Below, one piece after another: positions 46,935-56,311 of a DNA stretch of 56,311 nt. Under the pieces are notes generated by a model. The model made no database searches, was not told where the DNA came from, and was given only the letters and a program-made list of their open reading frames with translations. Numbering within the stretch: position 1 is the stretch's first letter; each line of letters begins with the position of its first letter. Location of the stretch: the IMG/VR virus record IMGVR_UViG_3300021420_000314, positions 1-56,311 of that record; one strand, written 5' to 3'. A program made the position numbers and the translations under genes. This stretch comes from a virus (taxonomy: Duplodnaviria; Caudoviricetes).

Positions 46935-49395
46935 CCATCGCAGCCGTCTGGTCAGGTGCGCCGCCAGGGAGAACTTGATTCGGCTGTGATCCGCCGCCCA
47001 TTGTCGCGCCTAGGACAGCCAGCCACTGCTGCTTCGCGCGCTCGCCGCCAGCGAGAGCAGCACCGGAACCTTCATCCATCGGATAGGTCTGCCAGCCGCC
47101 GCCCTTCTCACCGCGGTTGATGACGCCGCCCTTGCCGCCTGACGGGCTGCCCGTCCAGATGTGCAGCACGCCGTTGCCCTGCGCGTCCCGGTCGACGAAC
47201 ACGTTCGGTACGTTGCCCTTGCCCTGCGCGCGTGCGGCGGGGCTCGGGTCGCCCTCGGCCGGATGCGTCTGGCCGGTGGCCTTGTATGCCTGCCACGCGA
47301 TCAGCGCAGCCTGCCGCGCGGGCACGCCCTTCGCGGCGAGGCCGGTTGCAGTCGCCTGCAGCTTGGCGTAGTCCTCACCGCTCACCTGCTGCGAGCCTTC
47401 CATCGCGCGCGTGTTATCGCGGACGTTCTTGCCAGCGGCAGGGCTGAGCGAATTCGGGTCCTGGGTCTTCAGCGGCCCGAGCAGGATGTCGTCCATGGCA
47501 GGACCGACCTGCTTCACGTTGGCCGACAGTGCCGGATCGAGGTTCTGACCGCGGAGCATCCTGATCGAGAACTGTGCCGCCGCAGCCTTGGCACGATCCA
47601 TATCGCCGGCAGCCAGGTCCTTGTAGTTCTGTGAGCTGACACGCTGGAGCTCGGCCTGCCCACGCTCGAGAGCTCCCTGACCGGAAGCCGCGATGCCTTG
47701 TCCGCGGTACAGCTGACCCTGCGCAGTCATCTTCTCGGCGGTCATCTTTGCGTATGCCGCACGCGAGTCCATGATGAGCCTGCCGATCGACAGCGGGTCG
47801 AGCGCGGCCTGTCCGATCATCGCTATGTGCTGTGCATCCACAGGCTGCATGTTGGGTTGCGCGCCAGCGCCGCCCTGATCAGTCGGCTGCCCGTTCTTGT
47901 CGAGGTACGGGAAGATCGGGTTCTGGTACATCAGCTGACCGCCGACCTTCTGAGTCTTCAACTCCTGGCCGTCGGGGATGTAGTAGTACATGTTCTTGAG
48001 GGCCTTCTCGACCGCAGGCATGTTGCCATTCTGCATGGCCACTGCCGCGGCGCCGGCCTCACGCATGATGTGCGTCTGGAGAAAGCTCGTCGTCATGTTG
48101 TTCATGGCGGCATAGACCGCCTGCGGATCGTGTCCGGCCATCGCAGCATGCGACGCTGCCAGGCTCGCGAGCTGATCCTGGTTGTCGTACCAGCTGGCCG
48201 ACAGTGAGTGCGCCGGCTTACCAGACTCCTCGGGGCTGTCCGACGGAACGCCCTTCATCGCAGCCGGGTTGTTCTGCGCATCCTGCATAGCAACGTTCGG
48301 GTTCGCTTGCGCCGACGGGACTGCCTCGCGCCCCTGCGGCTCGCCCTTGTCGTTCAGCGATGCACTCGCAAGTCCCTGGTAGTACTTCACACCGGCCGGG
48401 CCGAGGCCCATCATCATTTCCCGAGGGTCGACCTGTGGCGGCAGAGACCCGGGCGCACCGGCCATCCCGGGTGGAGTTCCCGGAGTGGCTTGTCCTTGCG
48501 GGGGTCCAGCCATGGGTTGGGGCGGAGCGACCTGACCGCCCGGCGGACCAACTCCAACCGAACCGCCATCGGCAAATCCACGCCAGCCGCCGCCCGCAGC
48601 AATATTAGGAGGCTGCTGACCCTGGGTGCCTGCGGAAGTGACTTGACCCAACGCTGGGTAAGCCGCGCTAGGAATGACTGGTCCGCCTTGAGCATAGCCA
48701 TGTCCCTGAGTGAACGTGTGTTCGTTGAAGGCGTTCGTCGGCACCGGGTCAATACCTGCCGGGCCGCCCATCTCAAGTCCCTGCGGCTGAGAGCCGGGAG
48801 CGCCTACTGCACCGGGTGTGCCAGGTGCGCCGCCAGTGGGTTCTTGTACCGGAGGTGCCTGCGGTCCCTGCGGCGCGGCCTGCGGCGCCTGCGGGGTGGG
48901 TATCGGTGCTCCAGGAAGCACGGTCTGTCCAGGATGACCGCTGAGGTGATGCACTGCCTCACCGATCTTGCTGAAGAAGCCAGCCAGACCCTGCGGTTGG
49001 CTGAGCGTGTTGAGCTGCTGCTGTGCGTCAGCGCGGTTCTGTTGGTCCTCTCCGTACCCTGGATCGCCACGATCCTTGGGGGCAACGGCTAGTACATGGC
49101 TCGCAGCTTGCCGCGCCTGGAGCCGCTTCTGCTGCTGACCCGCCTGGTATTCTTTGTCGACACGATACGCGCCCTTGATCTGCTGACCCGTGTTGAAGCC
49201 TCCCGATATGCCGGACATGAAGCCACCACTCGGGGTGCCGGTGTAACCAGCCTGTCCCAGGAGTGCATTGGGCTGTGTCTGGGCCGGCGGGAGTACGCCG
49301 TACTGCGTGTAGGTGTTGGGCGGAACATAGCCTGCCCACTGCGACGCATTCTGTTGCGCCAGAACTTGATTCGGTTCGGGAAGAGCGCCAGCCAT
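46888..49395 (-). CDS. Internal virion (ejection) protein
   Basis: 835 aa, Gln/Gly/Ala-rich, positioned before the largest virion gene. Confidence 0.65.
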   Translation of the reverse strand: MAGALPEPNQVLAQQNASQWAGYVPPNTYTQYGVLPPAQTQPNALLGQAGYTGTPSGGFMSGISGGFNTGQQIKGAYRVDKEYQAGQQQKRLQARQAASHVLAVAPKDRGDPGYGEDQQNRADAQQQLNTLSQPQGLAGFFSKIGEAVHHLSGHPGQTVLPGAPIPTPQAPQAAPQGPQAPPVQEPTGGAPGTPGAVGAPGSQPQGLEMGGPAGIDPVPTNAFNEHTFTQGHGYAQGGPVIPSAAYPALGQVTSAGTQGQQPPNIAAGGGWRGFADGGSVGVGPPGGQVAPPQPMAGPPQGQATPGTPPGMAGAPGSLPPQVDPREMMMGLGPAGVKYYQGLASASLNDKGEPQGREAVPSAQANPNVAMQDAQNNPAAMKGVPSDSPEESGKPAHSLSASWYDNQDQLASLAASHAAMAGHDPQAVYAAMNNMTTSFLQTHIMREAGAAAVAMQNGNMPAVEKALKNMYYYIPDGQELKTQKVGGQLMYQNPIFPYLDKNGQPTDQGGAGAQPNMQPVDAQHIAMIGQAALDPLSIGRLIMDSRAAYAKMTAEKMTAQGQLYRGQGIAASGQGALERGQAELQRVSSQNYKDLAAGDMDRAKAAAAQFSIRMLRGQNLDPALSANVKQVGPAMDDILLGPLKTQDPNSLSPAAGKNVRDNTRAMEGSQQVSGEDYAKLQATATGLAAKGVPARQAALIAWQAYKATGQTHPAEGDPSPAARAQGKGNVPNVFVDRDAQGNGVLHIWTGSPSGGKGGVINRGEKGGGWQTYPMDEGSGAALAGGERAKQQWLAVLGATMGGGSQPNQVLPGGAPDQTAAMDAADQGGSSGSSPSP

Positions 49396-49396
49396 C

Positions 49397-51004
49397 TCAG
49401 TGTCCTCGCGTCGTCATCGCCATGGGCGGAGGCGGCAGAGCACCGTGCTGCGCATGCATGTCGGCGCGGGCCTTGTCCATCTGCTTGTACCAGTACTCGT
49501 GGCCCTTCCACGCGGCGACGTCGTGCGGGATGACGAACTCACCCGGCGTGAGCCACGCGGGCTTGGTGTCGGTCGAGCCAGGGATTGGCGAATTCGGGAG
49601 CGCGCCCTGCTGAGCGACCGGGCCGCCGCGAGCCATCATGCCTGACATCATTCCGGCAGCAGCACCGCCGCCTCCGCCGCCGCCCTTGCCGGCGCCGAAT
49701 CCCTGGACGAAGTCCTGGTTGACGGCAGCCATGGGCGAACCCTGGAAGTTACCCAGCTGAGCGCCGCCGGCGCCCGGTGAGTTACCGCCGCCACCGCCGC
49801 CCTGCGACGGAGCGTTCGGAACCGCGTTCACTGGCATCGCGCCGCCATCCCAGTTACCAGATGCCTGATTGACCATCGGGTTGGCGTAGTTGCCTGCAAG
49901 CGGGCTGGGCGCGGAGCCGGGACTACCGATCGCGCCGGGCATCCCCGGAGCGTTGCCATACCCTGCGTTCGCGACGCCGGTCATGTCCATCATCGTGGGG
50001 CCCTGCATCCCGTAGTAGCCGCCCACGGGGCCGCCCATATCGTAGTTGTTGGGCAGCTGTCGCGGTAGAACTCCGCCACCCGAGAACGGTGCCACAGGAG
50101 GCTGCTGTGCCATACCCAGATGCTGAGATGGGTGGCCCACAGGGCCGCCGCGCGCGTAGCCGGGGACCACCCCGCCTCGCTGGAAGTTGCTCGCGAAGCC
50201 GCCCGCCATACCCAGGGCGGTACCGACCGCCGACCACTTGCCGTTGTCGCGGGCGGCGTTCGCCTGCTGCTCGGTGAGCTGCTCGTTGTACTGCTGGCCG
50301 GCGATACCTGCCGAAGACTGGTTGGCGTTGTTCGCGGTGCCAAGGTACGTGTTGGCTGCTGTGAGGTTGTTTATCCCAGCGGCGTTTGTCTGGTTCTGGT
50401 TGCCCACCATCTGGGTACCGATGCCCGAGCCCGCCTGCGCGCCGGTCGTGCCCGCCTGCCCGACCTGGAGGCCGAGCTGGTTCGCACCCTGTACTAGCCC
50501 TCGTCCGGTGGCCTGAGTCTGCAGGTAGGACTGGTTAGCCGCATTAGCATTGTTGGCAGCTCCCTGAATTCCCGCTTGCGTAGTGAGTGCGGAGCCGTGT
50601 ACGGATGCAGGATCCACACCCTCAGAGGCCAGAGCCGAGCGCTGATTCGCCAGCGAACTCTGCAGAGAAGCGTTCTGATCTGCGACCGCCATCCCCTGGA
50701 GCTGCTGGACATTCTGGTCATTGGTGTAGTCCTTCGCCTGCTGCACCTGCTGTTGCTGCAGGGGCATGAAGTTCTGGTTGTAGCTGTTGAGGTTAGCGCC
50801 AGCCGTCTGGTTGACCTGGTTCATCATCGGCGTGTTGGCGCCGTTGACCTGGCTCAGAGTGTTCTGAGCGTTCTGGTTGTAAGCCTGAGCGGTGTTGAAC
50901 GTCTGCCCGGCGTTGCTCGTGGCAGTGTTGAACGTCTGGTTGGCGTTCCCTATGTTCTTGGAAAGATCAGGTGCGCCCGGTGATTGGTTGCCGCTGCCGC
51001 TCAT
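49397..51004 (-). CDS. Internal virion / pilot protein
   Basis: Gln/Asn-rich helices, hydrophobic Gly segment, C-terminal ARGG...PGSTDTKPAWLTPGEFVIP domain. Confidence 0.7.
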   Translation of the reverse strand: MSGSGNQSPGAPDLSKNIGNANQTFNTATSNAGQTFNTAQAYNQNAQNTLSQVNGANTPMMNQVNQTAGANLNSYNQNFMPLQQQQVQQAKDYTNDQNVQQLQGMAVADQNASLQSSLANQRSALASEGVDPASVHGSALTTQAGIQGAANNANAANQSYLQTQATGRGLVQGANQLGLQVGQAGTTGAQAGSGIGTQMVGNQNQTNAAGINNLTAANTYLGTANNANQSSAGIAGQQYNEQLTEQQANAARDNGKWSAVGTALGMAGGFASNFQRGGVVPGYARGGPVGHPSQHLGMAQQPPVAPFSGGGVLPRQLPNNYDMGGPVGGYYGMQGPTMMDMTGVANAGYGNAPGMPGAIGSPGSAPSPLAGNYANPMVNQASGNWDGGAMPVNAVPNAPSQGGGGGGNSPGAGGAQLGNFQGSPMAAVNQDFVQGFGAGKGGGGGGGAAAGMMSGMMARGGPVAQQGALPNSPIPGSTDTKPAWLTPGEFVIPHDVAAWKGHEYWYKQMDKARADMHAQHGALPPPPMAMTTRGH

Positions 51005-51422
51005 TATTTTTGTTCTCGAAGAGCCAGGGACATTCGTTCCGGTACATCACGTACCAGTGCAGCGCACCACTAGGATGCGCGCCAGGGACGGCTAGACGTT
51101 CCGTGAAACCCAGTCTACCAGCGATTTCAAGGGACTGCACGTTCTTGGACTGGATGACACCGATGAGGCAGTTGTAGCCCCACTGGCAGTACGGAACCCA
51201 GAAGCCGCGGCGCAGGAGAGTCAGGTTGATCCCACCGGGCTCAGAGGCCACGTGGAACATGCAGCTCGAGTCTTGGTGGAAGTCGTAGCCGAAGGCTGCA
51301 ACCAGCTCACCATCGACCTCACGGGCAATCCCGTGGAAGTCCGCCACACGAACAAGCCCCGAGCGCGCCGCCATCCAGGTGTAGACGCGCTCGGGGTCTG
51401 CGATCAGTCGATCAGAAGCCAA
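50967..51422 (-). CDS. GNAT-fold morphogenesis protein (P22 gp14-like)
   Basis: N..SL....RLGFTE, YVM.RNECPWL; directly before the ejection proteins. Confidence 0.7.
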   Translation of the reverse strand: MASDRLIADPERVYTWMAARSGLVRVADFHGIAREVDGELVAAFGYDFHQDSSCMFHVASEPGGINLTLLRRGFWVPYCQWGYNCLIGVIQSKNVQSLEIAGRLGFTERLAVPGAHPSGALHWYVMYRNECPWLFENKNNERQRQPITGRT

Positions 51423-51816
51423 CGGCCATGAACGACACAGTGTCGCCTGAAACTACGGTGGCCGCATTCGAGCTGCAGCTGGTCGTAGTCGATGACGCCT
51501 GTCCGATATGGTCAGCCGGCGTGGTCAGGTCCTCGAACTCGCAGTGATACCCGTTCGGGGCAGCGACAGCGAATGTGAGTACCGTGGTGCACGTGGTCAC
51601 AGCACCGCCAACGATAGTGCCCGTAAAGGCGCCGCTGACGATGGTACCGCGCGTACCGCACGATCCAGAGACAACCGGGCCTGCCACGGCACCGCCGTCG
51701 ATCAGAACACCGTGGAGGGCTTCGCCGCCCGTCGCCGGGTTCCAGCCGAAGTACGAAGCAGCGCCGAAGGCCGACATGGCAATCAGGGCGGTGAGAGCAA
51801 GCAGGAAGCGTTTCAT
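51412..51816 (-). CDS. Signal-peptide-bearing Thr/Cys-rich beta protein
   Basis: MKRFLLALTALIAMSAFG leader; beta-rich mature part. Confidence 0.6.
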   Translation of the reverse strand: MKRFLLALTALIAMSAFGAASYFGWNPATGGEALHGVLIDGGAVAGPVVSGSCGTRGTIVSGAFTGTIVGGAVTTCTTVLTFAVAAPNGYHCEFEDLTTPADHIGQASSTTTSCSSNAATVVSGDTVSFMAVGF

Positions 51817-51870
51817 GGTCGAGTACCTTTGCAAAGGGGAATGGGGGTGTACGTACCGGTCAACTATACA

Positions 51871-52140
51871 TCAACGCATGAACGGAGGTCGAGACGGATA
51901 TGCCGGCTTGATCCCGGCGTCCTTAACTGCATGAGCCCGGGCCATATCCACGGGCGGGAGGTGGGCGCGGTCGGGAAGAACTGGGCCGCCCCGCTCGTAG
52001 CCGGCGGTGCTTCTTCCGTGGGCGCGGGCGATGTCCGCGGCGGCGAACTTCTTGCCCACGCTCTGGGGGATGCCCAGGGTGGAGTGCCCGCTGGCGGCGG
52101 CGAACATGGCCTTCTGCTGTTCTCGGCTGACGGTAGGCAT
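51871..52140 (-). CDS. Conserved small phage protein
   Basis: [32 protein letters not shown]. Confidence 0.65.
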   Translation of the reverse strand: MPTVSREQQKAMFAAASGHSTLGIPQSVGKKFAAADIARAHGRSTAGYERGGPVLPDRAHLPPVDMARAHAVKDAGIKPAYPSRPPFMR

Positions 52141-52571
52141 CAGTGGTTCCCGGCAACGTTTTGTGATTTTTCGTACGTGCGCAAACTGAACCCCAGTCCC
52201 AGCATACCCGACATCGTCGCCTGCATCCATGGGTTGTTCAGGGCCGGCAGATCGACAGGGTGCCCGGAGAGGGCCGCTACCCAGTTGACCAGGGGACGAA
52301 CGATACAGTCCATCCCGAGCGCAGTCCCGCAGATCCAGCCGACGTAGGGACGCCAGCCGGCAACGAACAGCGACGTGCTCGCGGCCTCAACCTTGTTGAT
52401 GTCGGTCTGCGCCGAGGTGACAGCCTGGATCTGTGCCAGCTCTTCAGCGACAGCTCCCTGAGTGACCATCAACTGCAGTTGCGCCTGCGCAGCAGCCGCT
52501 GCCGCCTTGTCCGGGATCAGCTTGTTGATCATGCTGAGGATCGGACCGGCGATTATGTTCCAGATTGGCAC
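52140..52571 (-). CDS. Holin (3TM/GTA-holin type)
   Basis: [33 protein letters not shown]; adjacent to the endolysin. Confidence 0.82.
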   Translation of the reverse strand: MPIWNIIAGPILSMINKLIPDKAAAAAAQAQLQLMVTQGAVAEELAQIQAVTSAQTDINKVEAASTSLFVAGWRPYVGWICGTALGMDCIVRPLVNWVAALSGHPVDLPALNNPWMQATMSGMLGLGFSLRTYEKSQNVAGNH

Positions 52572-53008
52572 GGGTATTGTCCTGTGAGTAGATAGTTCGA
52601 GAGACGAAGAGAACGGCGGGCGCCGACTTCGACAGCCCACTTGCTGGTGATTAGTTGGTCGGAGGCTTCCTTCCAATCTTGATTCGCGATAGCGGCCCGG
52701 CATAGGCGAAAGCCGAGCCAGTGCTTGACGCCCATATTGAACACAAGCTCGACCACCGCGTTTTGCCGGCAAGGGGTGTCAAGAAGCGACCAATCACTAA
52801 GGAGCTGCGTCTCTGCTTGTGCCTGCTCAAGATCCTGCGCGAGCAGTGCGTCAGCAGTAACCTGAGTGATCTCGTGTCCAGACCAGTCGATCGTCTGGTC
52901 AAGCTCGTGGCCATATCCAATGGTCCACAGGCCGAGCGAGTCTCTATACGCAACAAGACGGCAGCCCTCCGCACCCTTAACGTCCGTGATTAGCCGCGCG
53001 TCGATCAT
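52553..53008 (-). CDS. Endolysin, T4-lysozyme-like (GH24)
   Basis: EG.RL.AY.DSLG.WTIGYGH, ELVFNMG, SKWA. Confidence 0.9.
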   Translation of the reverse strand: MIDARLITDVKGAEGCRLVAYRDSLGLWTIGYGHELDQTIDWSGHEITQVTADALLAQDLEQAQAETQLLSDWSLLDTPCRQNAVVELVFNMGVKHWLGFRLCRAAIANQDWKEASDQLITSKWAVEVGARRSLRLSNYLLTGQYPCQSGT

Positions 53009-53261
53009 CGTCTATCTTCTGGTTGAGGACGTCGATCTTGCCGTCGATGCGAGTGACGGTGTTGACGACAGTCTGGATGTCGTTGTGAGTCTGACGCTGG
53101 CTGTCCCACAGAGCCTTGAGTTGCTGGGTGTGATTGTCCACTTCGATCCCGACGCTGTACGCCGAGAGCAAAGTATGACCGCCCCATCCGAGCAGTCCCA
53201 TGACGACCGGTATGATCAACCCCTTCACAGTGATCCTTTCGAGTGCCTTCTGCAGGTTCAT
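52977..53261 (-). CDS. Membrane protein with coiled coil (lysis-associated?)
   Basis: N-terminal transmembrane helix, then RIDGKIDVL heptads; upstream of the endolysin. Confidence 0.55.
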   Translation of the reverse strand: MNLQKALERITVKGLIIPVVMGLLGWGGHTLLSAYSVGIEVDNHTQQLKALWDSQRQTHNDIQTVVNTVTRIDGKIDVLNQKIDDDRRAANHGR

Positions 53262-53265
53262 GTTC

Positions 53266-55182
53266 TTATGTCTGTGTCGGCTGGACCATATCACGTCGAA
53301 GCTCATCGGCTGTCTCCGCCATCGTGAACGAGTAGACGGGGACGTTCCCTACAAGCCTCACCTGCCAGGCGTCGCTCTTGAAGCCGCTCGGCAGACGAAT
53401 GATCTGTTCCGTAGAGATAGTGTACTGGAAAAGGGTGTACCACGTCGAAGTCAAATCTCTGGCTTGAATCAATACGTTGACGCCGCCGGCGGAGTTCGAG
53501 TACTGGCCAAGATTGTAGAGCTCCGATCCACCCAAGGGGTTACGGATCTCGGGCGGCGGGATATACCCCGAAATAGGTGGGAAGGCAGGCTGCGCGAGCG
53601 TGCGCACACCGTTGATCGGGAATGAGTCGATCGGGCTCAGCTTCTTGAGGATGCGCCGGCCATTGTAGTTCGTGTAATCGCTCAGCTGTGAGGCCGAGAT
53701 CGTGATCGTGCTCGGCTGGAACTTCAGGCGGAACGCGCCGAAGTTCACTGGTTTCATCAGGTCGAACTGCTTCGACTGCCAGGTGTACGTATACGGAATG
53801 CTGGCTGGCGGGTCCCACAGACGCACCTGGTTCGACTGGAGCAGATACACATCTCCCGAGTACGCATCCTGTTGGATAGCCGTGACATTAGAGAACCGAT
53901 CAAGTTGCGTAAGTGGCGTAGAGCTGTCAGTCGGCGAAAAGATGAACCCTGTCGAAGTCGTGCTGAATCCGATGTACTCCACACCATAGGGCACCGCATA
54001 GACAGTCGTTGGGCTGAACAGGTTCTGCCACTCTTCGCGGGTGAACAGCTGCCGGGTCACCAGCTGGGTCTGTCCACCGGTATTCAGGATGATGCCCTGC
54101 GGACTGGCATAGTAGACACCGCTGATGGTGGTGACGATGCTGCGCCGGCTGACGCAAGGGTCCACAGAATCCAGCTTCTGGAGCGTGATATTGAGTGGGT
54201 TCATGCCTTCCGCGAAGTACGGATGGCTCGTCGTCATAACGAGAATGCAGTTCTGGTATACCGCCAGCCCAACGATTTCAGTTTGGCACGTCTGGATATA
54301 CTGCACAGGCCAGGCGTGCGGTTGGAACGGCTGCGACATCCATAGATCCCGGCCGGAGAAACCGACCAGAAATCCCCCTGGGTGCGCCACGAGACCTTGG
54401 AGCGTAGTCGGCGGACCGGTCCAAGTAAGTGACTGCATCGTGAAATTATTCGCCACAGTGACGTCAGTGTTGTTGTCATTGTAGGTTGTCGTCCCTATAG
54501 CAATGTCCGCAACGTGGAAGTACTGGTTCGTGGTGTTGCCAGTCACTGTCCGGTAGATGCGGATCGTGGTGACGTTCGTATTCGCAGGAACCGCCGTGTC
54601 AAAGTTTCCCAACACCCAAGTCCCGTTTTGCCCGGTGGCAACCGTTGCCGCACCAGGGGGGCCCTCCTCGCCGTAGGCAGACACAAACGTGTATGTATAT
54701 GAACGGGTCGTCGCAACTCCAGGAGGCGGAGTGACAGAGATCTGATTGACGGGGGCCGGAATGCCCAGAAGGAACGGCGCGTTGCCGCCGGTATTTCCAG
54801 CATTGATACGAGCGCGAGTGTTGTATTGAGGCGCCCCGCCAAGATTGAAGCTGTCGCCAGTCCAGTAGTACCGCTCGAAGCTATCCTGAAGAACCGGTGT
54901 ACGAACGAAGTCCACGTTTGCATCGAAGAATCCTAGCCAGGTGTCAGCGCCCCCGATCGGGATCGGCGCGTTGACACTCTGGGGCAGCCGGAACGCCCGG
55001 AGGATGGGATGCGCCGGGATGCTGGGGTTGAAATCGAAGAGCAGCTGGGTCTCATGGAAGCCGCGTAGCTCCCCGGAGAGGAGCTTTGCGTTTGCAGCCG
55101 TCGTCGCAGCGTTCGGAGGTAGCAGCCGCGCGGACCAGCGCGGCATGATACCGGTGAAGTTTTCAATCTTGAGGATGGTCAT
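53266..55182 (-). CDS. Tail nozzle / DNA stabilisation protein
   Basis: 638 aa, beta-rich; F.GIMPR.SARLLP, YTYTFVSAYGEEG, PHAWP, LPSGFK...W. Confidence 0.75.
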   Translation of the reverse strand: MTILKIENFTGIMPRWSARLLPPNAATTAANAKLLSGELRGFHETQLLFDFNPSIPAHPILRAFRLPQSVNAPIPIGGADTWLGFFDANVDFVRTPVLQDSFERYYWTGDSFNLGGAPQYNTRARINAGNTGGNAPFLLGIPAPVNQISVTPPPGVATTRSYTYTFVSAYGEEGPPGAATVATGQNGTWVLGNFDTAVPANTNVTTIRIYRTVTGNTTNQYFHVADIAIGTTTYNDNNTDVTVANNFTMQSLTWTGPPTTLQGLVAHPGGFLVGFSGRDLWMSQPFQPHAWPVQYIQTCQTEIVGLAVYQNCILVMTTSHPYFAEGMNPLNITLQKLDSVDPCVSRRSIVTTISGVYYASPQGIILNTGGQTQLVTRQLFTREEWQNLFSPTTVYAVPYGVEYIGFSTTSTGFIFSPTDSSTPLTQLDRFSNVTAIQQDAYSGDVYLLQSNQVRLWDPPASIPYTYTWQSKQFDLMKPVNFGAFRLKFQPSTITISASQLSDYTNYNGRRILKKLSPIDSFPINGVRTLAQPAFPPISGYIPPPEIRNPLGGSELYNLGQYSNSAGGVNVLIQARDLTSTWYTLFQYTISTEQIIRLPSGFKSDAWQVRLVGNVPVYSFTMAETADELRRDMVQPTQT

Positions 55183-55193
55183 TCGACCACCCC

Positions 55194-55565
55194 TTATGCG
55201 AAGCCGACTTCGCCTTCAGCCTCGAAGCTGAGCGCGGTCGTCGTTCCGGCTCCGCCGACCAGGAAGTCCGTCGAGTCCAGACGCAGCGCGCCGTACCAGT
55301 CGACGTAGGAGTTCGCTGGGATGATGGTCCCCTGGAACGCGAACTCGGTACCCGCGGTATTGGCGCCGGTGGCACCGACCCACATCGAACACGTCACGGC
55401 GCCAGCCGTCTTGTTCACGACGCGGATGTGCTTGAGCAGGAAGTACGGCTGCGTCAGCGTGAAGCCGACAGGTCCCGAGAGAGACGTGACCGTCGGATTG
55501 AGGATGTTCGTGGTGAGGGTAGTCGTCAGAGCGACCGGGCCAAACCGAACCGGTTTATTGAGCAT
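55194..55565 (-). CDS. Putative virion protein
   Basis: 123-aa beta protein with GGAG RBS. Confidence 0.6.
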   Translation of the reverse strand: MLNKPVRFGPVALTTTLTTNILNPTVTSLSGPVGFTLTQPYFLLKHIRVVNKTAGAVTCSMWVGATGANTAGTEFAFQGTIIPANSYVDWYGALRLDSTDFLVGGAGTTTALSFEAEGEVGFA

Positions 55566-55611
55566 TGTTTTTCTCCGGACCGCTCTGTGGCGGCTACTTA
55601 GGCATCATACA

Positions 55612-55830
55612 TCAAGAAGGTGGGTCAGTGACAGCCGGGTCTTTATCAGGAACCGAGGCAGCTGGAGGCGGCGTAGGTCCCTGCTGGGAGGCCATCTGGA
55701 CCATCCCGAAACTTACCGCGAGCTCGAGTCGCTGGATCAATTGGCCGACGCCGACCGCGTCGTCGACATCGATCTTCGCAGTCTTGGCGATACCGATGAT
55801 CGCCTGGAGATCTTCGATTTGCAGTTGCAT
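55612..55830 (-). CDS. Small protein after the tail fibre (possible chaperone)
   Basis: 72-aa helical ORF. Confidence 0.5.
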   Translation of the reverse strand: MQLQIEDLQAIIGIAKTAKIDVDDAVGVGQLIQRLELAVSFGMVQMASQQGPTPPPAASVPDKDPAVTDPPS

Positions 55831-55833
55831 GAC

Positions 55834-56310
55834 TTAACCTATGTGGTAGCAAAGAACAATGGGATTGGCGATACCTTTCTGGCTGGTAGTAGTGAAGCCA
55901 GCAGTGTTGCCGGCTATATCAAATGTGATCGTACCGCTTGCAGCAGCAAATCGAGCAGTGACGTTCGCTACTCCGGTGGTGCCGCCATTCTCCATAGCGC
56001 CATCGGAAACTGGAACAAACTGCGCCCTGGCAGGCTGGATGGCAGCCGGAAGCCCAGTGATAGTGAACGTGCCTCCGGTGCTGGTGATATTGCATGCTGG
56101 TATAACCAGCATCACCAGAGCACCGATGCGACGCCATACCGCCGTGGCGGTGATAGGAGTCGTGCCACCCGTCGGTGTCGCAGTAAATGTCCCTGAGTCC
56201 GGGGTCATATCCACGAGTGCAGCAGCCGTCGGGCCTCGCCCTTGCAGCTTCGGTGCGGCGTTGTTAGACCATTGAAAGACTGGCGTGCCCAGTGTTGCTA
56301 GTGCGTTGTT
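55834..56310 (-). CDS. Tail fibre C-terminal region, 5'-truncated by the window edge
   Basis: Frame stays open to the window end; SGTFTAT...W.RIG.LV...ITGLPAAIQP is a typical fibre-tip pattern. Confidence 0.7.
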   Translation of the reverse strand, partial: NNALATLGTPVFQWSNNAAPKLQGRGPTAAALVDMTPDSGTFTATPTGGTTPITATAVWRRIGALVMLVIPACNITSTGGTFTITGLPAAIQPARAQFVPVSDGAMENGGTTGVANVTARFAAASGTITFDIAGNTAGFTTTSQKGIANPIVLCYHIG

Positions 56311-56311
56311 A

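Noticed and set aside
1-56311. Prophage/lysogeny module, phage RNA polymerase, reverse transcriptase, intron or intein
   Set aside because: No integrase, CI-like repressor, RNA polymerase or RT motifs were recognised, and the core genes have ordinary uninterrupted lengths. Lifestyle cannot be called from this window.

Overview
The window is most of a GC-rich, podovirus-like dsDNA tailed phage genome (Caudoviricetes), probably infecting a Gram-negative host. It is cut inside tail-fibre genes at both edges. There are two divergent arms around a non-coding control region at about 14340-15230. The leftward arm (14337 to 1) carries small regulators, probable TerS, TerL, portal, scaffold, major capsid, a DUF3494 ice-binding-type protein and a collagen-like fibre. 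The rightward arm (15237-40245) carries many early hypotheticals, an AAA+/DUF3150-like/VWA-metallopeptidase module, family A DNA polymerase, a Cas4-like nuclease, a GNAT, a T5 A1-like nuclease, a PagL-like lipid A deacylase, DUF4406 and DUF5664 nucleotide enzymes, VRR-NUC, a 3'-5' exonuclease, SNF2 helicase, an SSB-like protein and a primase-helicase. A converging minus-strand late block (56311 to 40242) holds tail proteins, lysis genes and three large ejection (internal virion) proteins. The most notable items are: a ~430-nt highly base-paired ORF-free element next to the likely genome terminus and an inverted 9-mer iteron array; a second structured element upstream of the SSB-like genes; a phage-encoded PagL; a capsid-adjacent ice-binding protein; the A1/GNAT/DUF4406/DUF5664 cluster; and a shared xxxGGxV motif in the ejection proteins. 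No integrase, RNA polymerase, CRISPR array or tRNA was recognised. All family calls come from motif recognition by eye, not database searches.
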